DNA of 64,000 nt from positions 32,001 through 96,000 of IMG/VR virus record IMGVR_UViG_3300045988_161114; one strand, 5' to 3'. The first letter of the stretch is position 1, and each line of letters opens with the position of its first letter. This DNA is from a virus. A program made the position numbers and the translations under genes. The notes beneath the pieces are model-generated. The model was not told where the DNA came from. It worked only from the letters and a program-made list of their open reading frames with translations, and made no database searches. Positions 47,801 through 56,713 of the stretch are shown one piece after another.

Positions 47801-47880
47801 GTATAAAATTTATTAACTTTATCAACAGAAACTGGTTCTATATCCAATATTCCATTTATTGAAAAGGTAAATCTTGACAT
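41839..47880 (-). CDS. Giant multidomain tail protein (2013 aa): M23 peptidase + lysozyme/transglycosylase-like domain + hub (gpD/gp27-like) region + C-terminal TM cluster
   Basis: M23 motifs FHHGIDLAGPTGTPIYAA (HxxxD) and GHSTGPHLHYQV (HxH) at about 45300-45660. AAIESRG...SYLGMYQIG (catalytic-Glu-type lysozyme-like motif) at about 44560-44960. IRLKAGNKVQIRMGYGNKIDDLPVVFNGLITETDGGDVVRVVAEGYGREL is hub-like. Gly/Ala-rich hydrophobic helices at about 41990-42480. Confidence 0.7.
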   Translation of the reverse strand: MSRFTFSINGILDIEPVSVDKVNKFYTTQNEFLRDTSVLTSKSRFAESLHLATFAFDLSKSDSVEEMCDLISICRSFPYMFIRCEAMGTSDLSMLGLSIGDGYFMYALHEYEIELGASDNMQGMAFVSLRLQTINWKPLAKTIKFISFNQQAESKTNSKSISKKSKSSKRYKTEYELNPGDSNLMKKLVDFYRSDVNQYKTQIINQGYNRDFDLYLGYPIVFTDAIKLHRELHDLCWEEARTFRILKKVDLSGTDAKDGQQTNANISEVKSDEEVRFDETGRINVGWKRELIGGTNSSKNKDNIAIQSINIRRRNRFANQTIQDFSYPYCQYLGHSPTEINISTITNHEEGMDAASATMAIDRVDEFTKNIRVTYPALKGLDVIAIENPIVNAMGVKYVIIDSSQSSTTGNMNNVITNNYSFIESDSTDFLENSKFVKASNKEAYNDIIAQAETIRDLLAMASVEYKKGANTSALKDVLDKINKPIVKAIEEYKVYIDSSVKKAEDPTADVGLFLEPMLRSKKYSNMTDTEKSTMFIKEYIKAIKSHSATPSEERVLRERLRNFEQAVTSAYKSALGSSFNKYTIDALSKDLEKEKSYYKTHRSSTSFSGEAIPDMKYKEIFHDIPSTDEYSSWKDLPALPFVYDQQIFDGDKIMAKWEQSSPLIDEILEDTNAMVNGPGSSTDRTRNFTKVNAVASSGTINPDGTVSAGSVDSVNGQFTSSTLKGAQLGVRSGSGLWLKDLSSIMKHVRISSPFGMRRGGFHHGIDLAGPTGTPIYAAATGKVTVASNRGRGGNSVYIQHAGGITTWYMHLSAFAVKPGQPVIAGQLIGFCGSTGHSTGPHLHYQVNVNGTPVDPAAFHRSINGLGAPSSNLPESGKKKSWWEDLGSAIAGTNGQSAIGMGITPGTLEKPKAKDGIALPKESTAMQSVVANGYQPFTDFNDYSLGGGDLKGIAAASSAGFTSQKGTSLINSTLLRSYAGSIAAIESRGRLNPSGNESYLGMYQIGLEGLMDIGWIRKTAPRNRSSLYNDSYWTIPGGYKAFISSRELQDQAFVLYTQKNIDYLSAKPGWSKLSFQDKVLAVAMSHNGGHSAGWKALQGKDSRDGNNTSRQKYGRVAMSLSAAVSKGNAGVGIFSRDAAGYTSNYYDNVAVQRNNEAVEFNTDPTPWDPNLQGKARISNMVKDYTWGLEKLIPTYKVYLVHGNNENTLFKLINTSVEAVYYEISTVRNIRVEMANQDNPVAVAYFEVLNSLNTSTDPTTGYNTADKLGNTKLDLTSLGSDFANVVAMDQIRLKAGNKVQIRMGYGNKIDDLPVVFNGLITETDGGDVVRVVAEGYGRELQNELIFAGDVLPFTTFASDTSGRYISAAVARIVKNARLQHFGANPKILGEDVDTNSSGTAAQGVSGQSGFSLSNSLWNSSSGEFFFYDFKGPTDHLENFWLMNVDMVDRFFVTEWNDLFPFSLNDYFVNFPVLNKTVWDVITTGRRLFPSSVALIKNIGARCTIFTGIKEQLMVGYETAHSVASEVFENINGGLLDKDSQHAQEVEEAANAKNVKGSLGIPVNSTDGIKKRQRETTAKFEVLKDNPGQVADVVSSVMGSKTIDSTAWVPATNFHMFSSATNIISNQLRLNQDVITQANVEYGTEPSDFGTGKNKMFDMKSNGGLMPAFTKSSYLTDSTLNTEGMAIKTGQGYLLEELEKMYTGSVIISGNPDVAPGDYAYISDSLRQMSGVMKCREVQHILTEDDGYITIITPGMFVEPATHLYSSLYIKLGMFYSMLAQGQREYALVSVNSSPTGEMYSKLSIAPTKIGFWDVGWATAGSLAAAAASAMLLKTAASYVSTALWGPIVGHVASGWARFSKVSFIVRGLSSMKGALGGIWARVATAGRTIATVINGVRTVGLAASIGTGGLIATAAATIVVAAVVIAVWGILKNVWEANKERITMRHRALMKMPLTVYGQEYTAGLLGWNDELSPIELQVKNLKTTWESLAKVWGATKDTKASTKARILYSIATD

Positions 47881-47889
47881 TTGTTATTC

Positions 47890-50800
47890 CTAATAATTTT
47901 GATTCTGGAACCTTATTGTACTTCTTGATGCAGAATCTCCTTGAAGCATACTTCTTAATGACTGCTTCAATCTGTCGTTACTTCTATTATCTATTTGATA
48001 TCCGGCAACTGATACAGATTGTGCTTGTGCGCCATCTGTTATGTATGCAGAATTATTTTCTATTACTGGTAATGTTGGATTTGTTCTAGCAGTAGGAGAA
48101 TTATACATAGGAGATGTTGTGGTTGGAGATTCGGCCCCAACAGTTAAACCTACTATACCTAAACCAAGTCCGCCTAAGAGTATTGATTTCTTATTAGCTT
48201 TTATAGTTGAAATAATTTGATTTCCTATATCAGTAGCAGTATCAATAGTAGCATTAGTTGCCGCTTTTGACAATACTTCTTCACTAAGATTAACCTCTCT
48301 AGCTGTTGATTTTGGTATTCTTGGTATAGCAGCTTCAATCTTATCTGCTTCTTTCCCAGAGTATTTTGAACCAACCATGTTAGGACTATTTATAGTTATA
48401 TCTGCGCCATGTGTTGAAACAGCATCACCTATAAATTTACCTATATCTACAAATTCATCAGCACCAGTAAATATTTCAGGGATAACATTTTTAACCCATT
48501 CTCCTATTTCGTCATATGAGGCAAATCTGCTTTTACCTGCAGACTCTCTCATAGATGCAATAGTTTCAAGAAGTGAGTTTGCATTTGAACCAGATCGTAC
48601 AGTTTTAAGTACGTTCTCTTGCATGGCACCAGCTACAGCCTGTGCCATAAGTGCCCTTTTATTTATAGATTCTTCTATAAGTTTTCTAGACGGATCGCTT
48701 ACACCTAATGCCTTTACGGCATCTGACAAATCTGATCCTCTTTTTCTTTCTATTGCTTGAGATAGAAGTTGTTGAAATTCCGTTATCTCTGCGGCACTAA
48801 ACTTACGTTGTTGAGATTTAACCTGCTTCAAGATATTCTCTTGAAACTGATCTTCTGCTACAGTTTTTGCTCCAGACTTTAATGGGTTCACTACACCATA
48901 TTGTTCCATCTCGGCCATTTTGGTATTAAATGTTTTTAAGAAATTCTTTTCATTTACAAATATATTATTTTGTAACGACATCAAATCTCTTAACTCTTTA
49001 TTAACCTTGTTATTATTAAGATCGTCTGCTCTGAATACGTGAATCTTGTCATCATCAAGGTCGCCGGATGCTGATGCCAATTGGTTTTCACCCATAGCAA
49101 TTACTGTGCCTTTTTGTTTTATGGATGGATCAACAAAGAACGTTACAGCTTGTGCGCTAAGTGAGCTAGATGCAGGAGTACGTATTGCCAACCCTAGACT
49201 ATCTTTAATAGCATATGGTGTTTTTGATTTACGATTAAGTTTGAAACCAAGCGACCTTGCAGTCTCTTCATTTATGAATACCGCATTACGTCCAGCTTTT
49301 TCTTCCTGTGCTCGTATTATCTCTGCGGCCCCTGTTAATGATACAGCAGTAGCAGTTACACCATTTCTTGCAGTTCTTCTTGTAGCAGCTTTTGCAATGG
49401 TTGTATTAGTAGATTTTAATTTAGATTTAAGCTCTTCAAGATCTGTTAAATAAGATTGTTTCGCTATATCTATATATCTACTATTTTCACCATCTCTCAT
49501 AGCCCTCTGATATTCCATCATTGAAACCAAAACATTACGCTTCAACTTGTCTGTTTCCGCCATGATGTCAGAACCATGAATATCTTTAATACCGCTATTA
49601 TCGCTGTTCAGTAGGTTTATAGATAATGACCTTAAACCTATTTTCTTAGATGACATACCTTCTGGAACTATGAGTTTTACAGATGCAACACCATCATTAT
49701 TGATCATATCTTTAAGATGTTTTGCTGCAAACTCTTCCCTATCTTTTGCTTCAAATAAGGCTCTTATAGATTTAGGATCATCGCCGAATATAGAATCAAT
49801 AGACTGCCCATCAACTATGTTTTGTAGTTTTCTTGACCTTAGTTCGTATCTTGAATCTTCATTAGCTTCCCCTATTAATTCTAATGAATCTATTGATACA
49901 CCTGCTGCCTTTAATTGGTCTGCTGCCATCCAGTCCATAGTTGCTTTTGATGTATTTGCACCAGTAAGTTCCCTAGTACCTTCTTGTAGCACACCGAAAG
50001 AACTTAGTCCTAATGCTGTCATGTTCTTTTTTCGCATTGTTTCATATATATTGGCAAAATCATCTTGTAGTGATTTAAACATATCTTCTGGACTTATTCG
50101 TCCATTCGAATAGTCGATCATTCTTGATGAAGACTGCTCTATGTATTTTGCTAGGCCTTTTTCTATATTATTCGGATCAATATGAATATCTCCGCCAGCA
50201 AGATTCAGTGTTATAGGAGAATTGGCCTGTGAGCCAACTTTACTTATCATATCTATCATTGTTGCCATTGCTGTCTGAGATGATTTACCATCAGACATTG
50301 CATTATTGGCAAATGCGGCACCAATAATTTTAGATTGATTAACGTCACTAATCTTACCTGACGCATCTATTTCTTTTTTGATTCTGACAAATTCTCTACC
50401 GGCAGGACTTATTCTCCCATCTGAATCCAGTTCTGTATTGTCAACTATTCTGTTGACTATATTTTTAAGGCTAACCTGGTCTGGGCTATATCTATATTTT
50501 CTGATAGCTCTATCTATTTCTGTTATATCAGAACCTATTTTAGTATCAGAACTTCTAACCATCCATTGAGATGTGAAATTGATACCAGAGTTTCTTTCTA
50601 GATATTCCCTTATCTTTGTGGCATTTTTGTCATCGGAGTTTGCTACAAGACTTAAAAGTCTTTTAAAGTATTTTTTGGTCCCCTCTCCATAGCTTTGAAG
50701 TTCCTCATCTGATGCCATTAGACCAGTTACAAGTGCATGGAAATTTGCCTTGCCTATTTTAGCCATTTTATTTATAGAGAATTTTAGGCCATTGGTTTTA

Positions 50801-52884
50801 TCAGCAGACACTAATCCTAATTCAGACATAGCATATCCATACATAGCATTTTTGTATGAATGCTTATCTAGAATTATTGCATTCGATTTCAAGTCTCCAA
50901 ACAATTTGACAATATTATCATCATTATTTGATAGAGAAGATGTTCCTGCTCCAATTAACTTGTATTTACCGCCTGAATTTACAGCACCAGATAGCTCTAC
51001 AGTTTCAAAATGTCTTGGTGCTCTAATCTCTTCTCCATTAGAGAATCCTATAAGCTCTCCACCTTTGAATGATACTGGGCCTTCATTAGTGCCATTTATA
51101 AGAGATTGTATTTTTTCAGTAGCATCACTAGCAGCTATAAAGTCTTTGCCGCCAAGTGTTACTGTAGTGGCTTTCTTAACAGTGTAATCTGACTCTTGTA
51201 TTATTGATTGACCATCGCCTATAGCTGTGCCTGTAACCCAGCTTCCTAAGCTATAGTTATAATCATATCCTACAGCATTAAATCCTATATTTTTAACGCC
51301 ATTAAATGATGACGTATCTACTCCATTTTTAGATAGTTCCATAACAGCTTTGCTTAGATTATCTTCTCCTCCTGATGTAGAAATATTACCACGTGAAGCA
51401 TATGTTGCATCACGGTCAGGAGATGATACTATACCAGTATATACAGAGTTATTATTGTCACCCATGAATACCTTTGCCTGATCAGAATGTCGTATATTGT
51501 TGAATCCAGGATTTAGACCGTTTCTAAGTCTATCAAGCTCTATGTTTTCTACAATATTTTTATACTCTTCGGCGTTGATATTCTTTATACCTCTTATTTC
51601 TCCAGTCCTATCGTCCCTATAAAATTGCTCACTTATATTTGTAAGTTTATTTTTTATAGGCATATCAGATATATTGACAAGATCTGTTTTAGGTCCTACA
51701 TATTCTATTCTGTCAGAGAATTTTTTAGATACTTCATTAAGAGGTTTATTAGTATTGAGGTGCTCAAACAGCATTGACTCTACAGGAGTAAATGCTTGTG
51801 ATTTTACTTCTTGTGCAGATGTAGAAAATGGTCCACTAGTATTAGTGTATATATTCCCTTTTACTTTTGTGCCATCACCAAGCAATTGAAATTGATTATA
51901 AGATTCGGCAGAGTATATATTGCCGCCTTTTGATACAAATTTGGAGCCATCTTTACTGTACTCTTCCATATGCAGAGAGCCAGTAACACCATCTTTAGTG
52001 ATACTTATTTTACTATCTTCAAAGCTTATCTTGCTGTTTTCTGTATTATTGCCTATATTAGATGCTATTCTAAATGCATCTATTTCTGGATAATTCAGCT
52101 CTTTTACGAGATACTCTTTTATTGCACTGGTCTTCTGTTCAGATGTAGCACTAATATTTAAATCTAATGATTTACCTCTATTAAAGTTTGTTTCTGGAAC
52201 ACTAGACAAATTTAACTTCTGTAAGTTTGAAGTAGGGATAAGTAATCCTGTTTCTGCGTCTACTACACCTGTTATTGCATTAGGCATCGATGAACTTAGC
52301 AGCGCAGATAATATGTTTTTATCTTTTACGTGGGCCGGAAGCGACTGTTTTATTTGCTCAAGATTCTTATTGTTAAGCCATGAATCAAATATATTATTAA
52401 ATAGGTCTTCGCCTAAAACAGATGATATATCTTGTCCATATATCATAGAGAAGTTTCTTTTAACAGCCTCTTTATATGATTGCATACCCTTCTGGGTTAA
52501 TTTATGCATTTCAGACAACGCCACTTGAGCTTCTCTGCTGCTAGTATTGTTACCAAATCTACCTATATTTAAAGATGCATAAGCTTGTGAACTTAGATTC
52601 ATATGCATCTCTTTTGCATTTCTAGCAAACTTCTCAGTAAACCTGTTTGCTGCCCTTCTGGATAATCCTCTGTATCCAGAAAGGTCAGCTTTATTAAATG
52701 CTATATCGTCAGCTATTTCTCTTTTCGCTCTAGAGATTCTTTTAGATATTTGAAGAGAATTGCCAACATAAGCACCTATGCCCATACCTAATGCTGCTGC
52801 TATAGGATGGTCTTCTGGGTCTTGAGACATTGCGCCTAATATTGCTCCGCCTATCATAAGTTTAGGTTGTTTAATTGGATCCAT
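47890..52884 (-). CDS. Giant tail-internal/virion protein (1664 aa); candidate tape measure or ejected protein
   Basis: Uninterrupted 5-kb ORF. Gly/Ala-rich hydrophobic segments at both ends (MIGGAILGAM..AAALGMGIGAYVG; ILLGGLGLGIVGLTVGA). Otherwise polar and helical-looking. No catalytic motif recognised. Confidence 0.4.
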   Translation of the reverse strand: MDPIKQPKLMIGGAILGAMSQDPEDHPIAAALGMGIGAYVGNSLQISKRISRAKREIADDIAFNKADLSGYRGLSRRAANRFTEKFARNAKEMHMNLSSQAYASLNIGRFGNNTSSREAQVALSEMHKLTQKGMQSYKEAVKRNFSMIYGQDISSVLGEDLFNNIFDSWLNNKNLEQIKQSLPAHVKDKNILSALLSSSMPNAITGVVDAETGLLIPTSNLQKLNLSSVPETNFNRGKSLDLNISATSEQKTSAIKEYLVKELNYPEIDAFRIASNIGNNTENSKISFEDSKISITKDGVTGSLHMEEYSKDGSKFVSKGGNIYSAESYNQFQLLGDGTKVKGNIYTNTSGPFSTSAQEVKSQAFTPVESMLFEHLNTNKPLNEVSKKFSDRIEYVGPKTDLVNISDMPIKNKLTNISEQFYRDDRTGEIRGIKNINAEEYKNIVENIELDRLRNGLNPGFNNIRHSDQAKVFMGDNNNSVYTGIVSSPDRDATYASRGNISTSGGEDNLSKAVMELSKNGVDTSSFNGVKNIGFNAVGYDYNYSLGSWVTGTAIGDGQSIIQESDYTVKKATTVTLGGKDFIAASDATEKIQSLINGTNEGPVSFKGGELIGFSNGEEIRAPRHFETVELSGAVNSGGKYKLIGAGTSSLSNNDDNIVKLFGDLKSNAIILDKHSYKNAMYGYAMSELGLVSADKTNGLKFSINKMAKIGKANFHALVTGLMASDEELQSYGEGTKKYFKRLLSLVANSDDKNATKIREYLERNSGINFTSQWMVRSSDTKIGSDITEIDRAIRKYRYSPDQVSLKNIVNRIVDNTELDSDGRISPAGREFVRIKKEIDASGKISDVNQSKIIGAAFANNAMSDGKSSQTAMATMIDMISKVGSQANSPITLNLAGGDIHIDPNNIEKGLAKYIEQSSSRMIDYSNGRISPEDMFKSLQDDFANIYETMRKKNMTALGLSSFGVLQEGTRELTGANTSKATMDWMAADQLKAAGVSIDSLELIGEANEDSRYELRSRKLQNIVDGQSIDSIFGDDPKSIRALFEAKDREEFAAKHLKDMINNDGVASVKLIVPEGMSSKKIGLRSLSINLLNSDNSGIKDIHGSDIMAETDKLKRNVLVSMMEYQRAMRDGENSRYIDIAKQSYLTDLEELKSKLKSTNTTIAKAATRRTARNGVTATAVSLTGAAEIIRAQEEKAGRNAVFINEETARSLGFKLNRKSKTPYAIKDSLGLAIRTPASSSLSAQAVTFFVDPSIKQKGTVIAMGENQLASASGDLDDDKIHVFRADDLNNNKVNKELRDLMSLQNNIFVNEKNFLKTFNTKMAEMEQYGVVNPLKSGAKTVAEDQFQENILKQVKSQQRKFSAAEITEFQQLLSQAIERKRGSDLSDAVKALGVSDPSRKLIEESINKRALMAQAVAGAMQENVLKTVRSGSNANSLLETIASMRESAGKSRFASYDEIGEWVKNVIPEIFTGADEFVDIGKFIGDAVSTHGADITINSPNMVGSKYSGKEADKIEAAIPRIPKSTAREVNLSEEVLSKAATNATIDTATDIGNQIISTIKANKKSILLGGLGLGIVGLTVGAESPTTTSPMYNSPTARTNPTLPVIENNSAYITDGAQAQSVSVAGYQIDNRSNDRLKQSLRSMLQGDSASRSTIRFQNQNY

Positions 52885-52889
52885 TTTTA

Positions 52890-55800
52890 TTACCTATTAT
52901 ATATAGTCATATCGAAATCACCATGACCACTATTGCTTATATTGACATTTACTGCTCTTACGCCATTACGATATAGTTCATCTTTTATCATATTCACAGC
53001 ATCAAACCTTTGTTGGGCCTTAGTTCTTCTAATAGATTTAAGCTGAGTTGTAACCTGATCTTCTGCAAGTATTGCTGATTGTCTTTTTAGATCGTCTTGG
53101 TCATCTTCGTAATAACCAAATTCTATGGCATTCTCACCACCTATATTTAATGTTCTAAGTTTTATATCTTTGACATTTAATCTAGGGTCCCATCCTGCAA
53201 ACTTCTCATCAGGCATTCCTGTTGCATCGACTATTAATTGCTCTGCTCTTCTTTCTTGTAGGTATTCTCTAAATGATATACCTATGTCGGCATCGCCACT
53301 TCTTTTATATGCACCATAAACTTGTGAGTTATTTTGTATAAGTTGCTGCTCTTCATCTTGTAGATATTCTGAGACATCTCCGCCGGATTCAATTACATCT
53401 TTACGGCTCCACAACATCTTGTACATTTCTGATACATTGTTTCCATCAACAATAGCAGCAATACGTTGTCTATCAGAGTCCTTTGCATTTACAAATGATG
53501 TAAAATACTGTTTCTCTTCGCTGGATAATCCCATATATGCAGAACTTACATCTTTTTCGGTATCAAGTCCTGATGCCAATGCACCGTATGTAGTCTTGTA
53601 AGCTTTTGCCTTTGCCTGATTCGCTATAAATAAATTGCCTTTAACATTTTCTCTATAAACTTTCATTTGTTTATAGTATTCCAATGCTTCAAAGTAATTA
53701 TCTATATTACGTTTTTCTTGTGTATGCTCTGGTATATATGATTTATCAAATGATTTATAGCTTTCCTCAAAGAATGGTCTTATGAAATGTTTAAATGGTT
53801 CATTCCATAATGCTGTATCAGAAGCTATTAACTGAGTTTTCTCGTAATCTTCTATAGCTGTTCTTTGGTGTAGTAACTTACCGGCAGGTCTGAAGAATGT
53901 TAATCTCTCTGTCGGTAGTTCTGCATTATGAGTTATTGTTTCCCATAACTTACCAAGAACCTCTCCACCAACAGATACATTATCAAAATCTTCATCAGTC
54001 TTATACTCTGCAAATGTTTTCTTTTGCGCTCTTCTTTGTAACTGATCCCAAGTATTCTCGAATATTCTTTTCTCGGACTCTGTCATTTCACCAGAGTTAT
54101 ATCTAGACTCCATTAACTCTTTTGCATTGTAGAATTCACTTGAGCCGTATGCTACATCTGATAGAACTTTAAATTTATGTATATCAGGATATTCTTCTAA
54201 ACTCAATCCTGCAACTTCTGGATTGTAATGTTCATATCCTGCACCTGGCATTCTATCATAGCCAAGTTCTACATTTGCGTAGTAGTTACCTTTTGAGAAA
54301 TCTGTGTAATATTCTCCTCTGGGAAGCCAAGATGGAGCAACACTGTTATGTAAAGGATTTGCTCTATCATACAATACACTAGATGACATTGGAACTATAC
54401 GACGCAGTATATCCGCTGCGCCAAATAAACCACCAAGGTTTTGTTCAGTAAATTCTCTTGCAAAGTTTGTTGATTCACCTGACCTTGCTAACTGGTTCTT
54501 TTGAGAAAAATCGCCTACAGCAAAATCACTTAGCACACCAGATACTGCCCATCCTTTAAGACCTATAAAGTCTGATGCAGAGTTATAGATATATTGTGCT
54601 GATTCTGCATATGGAGAGTATGTAAGGTTCTTACGCCCAGTAATCATTTTGTCATTTATCAATGACTGTTCTACATTTGAATAGTTTACTGGAACTTCAA
54701 AACTTGGTTTTCTTGTTATATCTCCAAAATTATATGCAAATGCATATGAGTTCTCATCACTAACATAGTAGTCCTGTGGTACTGACTGAAGATTTTCCAT
54801 CAGCTGAGCCATGTTAGGATTTATTCTATCTGGTTTAATTATTTGACCTATTGTACGTTCAAATATTTTACCGGCCCAACCACCTACTGATACGTCCATA
54901 CCCCATATTGGATATGGCATATCATCTTGGTGCATTTCTTCAAATCTATATGGATTTTGTAAATAATCTATTGGATTAAGGAATGGATTTAGGTCTTCTT
55001 TGGTGTCTCCATCGCCATAAAGAATTTTATCTTTATTGCCTGCAATTAATCTTTGATACCAGTTCTTAGTGAAGTATTTTACACCGCCACCCTCTATATC
55101 CGTAGACCCAGAGAACCATAATGCATTTGATCTTTGTTCAACATCTTCACCGTATAGATATCTGTCTTTTAACGAATCTGATGATTCACCAGCTAAAGCA
55201 CCAGGAAGAAATGGTAATGCTAATGCTAGTCCAGCTAGTGCACCTCTCATTGCCCATTTTTTAGTATTAGCTATTCTGCCTAATGATGATCCTATCGGCG
55301 TATTACTTACAAGCTTAGATACGCTAGAGTTTATAACATCACCCTCTGCATGAGCAACCCTTTGTCCAGCTTTATATCCATCATCTGACAACACAGATGG
55401 AACTACACGTTTACTGTAAGCTACAGTACCGGCAAGCATTGCTCCTGCTAATGGGAATCCAGCTAGTCTTAGTAACGATGTTGAACCAGGGGCTACATAT
55501 TCTTGTTGAGTTGTATACTCTTCAAACCTATCAGATACTGTTTCTGCATATGCTATTCTAGCATTTACTGCTGTTGTTGCTACACCTTCTAATATACCCT
55601 GGTCATATCCGCTTCCACTTGTACCGATTACTTTAGCCATATTATCCAGTGTATAATATGCTGCACCAAGTATACCAAGTTTTACTGCACCATGTTTAAC
55701 ATATCCAACTGCCAAGTCTGATATTTTCATATCAGCATTTGCATGTCTATTTATTCTTCCATATTTATTTATAAATCTAAATATACCATTATTTTCATTA

Positions 55801-56711
55801 AACAGTGTTCCGCCAAGTTCTTGAACGAATCCTAATGGCTCGTTGACCATATTGAAGCCTTGAGCTATACCTTGTCCTATTACAGATTTAATCCATCCCT
55901 TATTTATATTAGCGTCTTTTGCATCTGCAATTATTGTAAATGGAGCTTCTGTATCAAGAATATTTTTAGACAATTCAAATATTTCTTTTCTAGAAGAAAA
56001 GCTCATATCCTGCTGATGTATAATATGTCTTCTTAGTATTTTATTATACATTGAACTTTGAGCATGGCCATTTGTATGACCTGTCCATTCTGATGTAACA
56101 AGTCTTGCATTGCTTATTACTTCTTCATCACTAGAAGAAAATAATTTACCATCTCTGTATAACAGCCCGGTAGATATGTCCGCCGATGTTATACCTCTGT
56201 TGCCATATTTATGTGCTAATTCTTCAAAATATTTCTTTTGATGTTTTAATAGTTCAGGAGTGAAGAAATGCTCACCATTTTGAGTTGCAAATGGCTGCAT
56301 TATATGAGAAGTCTGGAATGTTCTTAAAATAGAAAAAGGGGAGAGTTCCTCAAACGCCCTAGCAGTGTTCATTGCTAAGTTTGTTAAGGTGACTCTCCCG
56401 CCGTATGATCGGATAGCATCATCTGCTGTTCCATTAATTGATTCAGATAAATAACTTAGAGTTATGTAATCTCTAATTTTATTTTGTGCGCTTTGCCTTT
56501 TTAGTATCTCTTTTACCGTAAATAATGCACCTGCTGATAATCCATACTTTGTTATAGAGCCTATTATTTCTTTTGTAGCCTGTATCTCTTCATATGTATT
56601 TACATCATCTGATGTATACATATTATATGGGGATTTAACATCCCCTGGTTGTATTCCCTTATCAAATACTTTTTGGCCAAAAATATTTGCAGCTAGATTT
56701 TGTACTGACAT
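52890..56711 (-). CDS. Giant tail-internal/virion protein (1273 aa); candidate tape measure
   Basis: First gene after the chaperone-like pair, which is the canonical tape-measure position. Internal hydrophobic Gly/Ala segments (LLRLAGFPLAGAMLAGTVAY, ALAGLALALPFLPGALAG). Aromatic-rich. Confidence 0.4.
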   Translation of the reverse strand: MSVQNLAANIFGQKVFDKGIQPGDVKSPYNMYTSDDVNTYEEIQATKEIIGSITKYGLSAGALFTVKEILKRQSAQNKIRDYITLSYLSESINGTADDAIRSYGGRVTLTNLAMNTARAFEELSPFSILRTFQTSHIMQPFATQNGEHFFTPELLKHQKKYFEELAHKYGNRGITSADISTGLLYRDGKLFSSSDEEVISNARLVTSEWTGHTNGHAQSSMYNKILRRHIIHQQDMSFSSRKEIFELSKNILDTEAPFTIIADAKDANINKGWIKSVIGQGIAQGFNMVNEPLGFVQELGGTLFNENNGIFRFINKYGRINRHANADMKISDLAVGYVKHGAVKLGILGAAYYTLDNMAKVIGTSGSGYDQGILEGVATTAVNARIAYAETVSDRFEEYTTQQEYVAPGSTSLLRLAGFPLAGAMLAGTVAYSKRVVPSVLSDDGYKAGQRVAHAEGDVINSSVSKLVSNTPIGSSLGRIANTKKWAMRGALAGLALALPFLPGALAGESSDSLKDRYLYGEDVEQRSNALWFSGSTDIEGGGVKYFTKNWYQRLIAGNKDKILYGDGDTKEDLNPFLNPIDYLQNPYRFEEMHQDDMPYPIWGMDVSVGGWAGKIFERTIGQIIKPDRINPNMAQLMENLQSVPQDYYVSDENSYAFAYNFGDITRKPSFEVPVNYSNVEQSLINDKMITGRKNLTYSPYAESAQYIYNSASDFIGLKGWAVSGVLSDFAVGDFSQKNQLARSGESTNFAREFTEQNLGGLFGAADILRRIVPMSSSVLYDRANPLHNSVAPSWLPRGEYYTDFSKGNYYANVELGYDRMPGAGYEHYNPEVAGLSLEEYPDIHKFKVLSDVAYGSSEFYNAKELMESRYNSGEMTESEKRIFENTWDQLQRRAQKKTFAEYKTDEDFDNVSVGGEVLGKLWETITHNAELPTERLTFFRPAGKLLHQRTAIEDYEKTQLIASDTALWNEPFKHFIRPFFEESYKSFDKSYIPEHTQEKRNIDNYFEALEYYKQMKVYRENVKGNLFIANQAKAKAYKTTYGALASGLDTEKDVSSAYMGLSSEEKQYFTSFVNAKDSDRQRIAAIVDGNNVSEMYKMLWSRKDVIESGGDVSEYLQDEEQQLIQNNSQVYGAYKRSGDADIGISFREYLQERRAEQLIVDATGMPDEKFAGWDPRLNVKDIKLRTLNIGGENAIEFGYYEDDQDDLKRQSAILAEDQVTTQLKSIRRTKAQQRFDAVNMIKDELYRNGVRAVNVNISNSGHGDFDMTIYNR

Positions 56712-56713
56712 GA

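Noticed and set aside
41888-52528. Many 60-160-aa plus-strand or alternate-frame ORFs inside the three giant minus-strand genes
   Set aside because: All are nested in uninterrupted 3.8-6 kb ORFs and have low-complexity or hydrophobic nonsense translations. With this much sequence, such shadow ORFs are expected.
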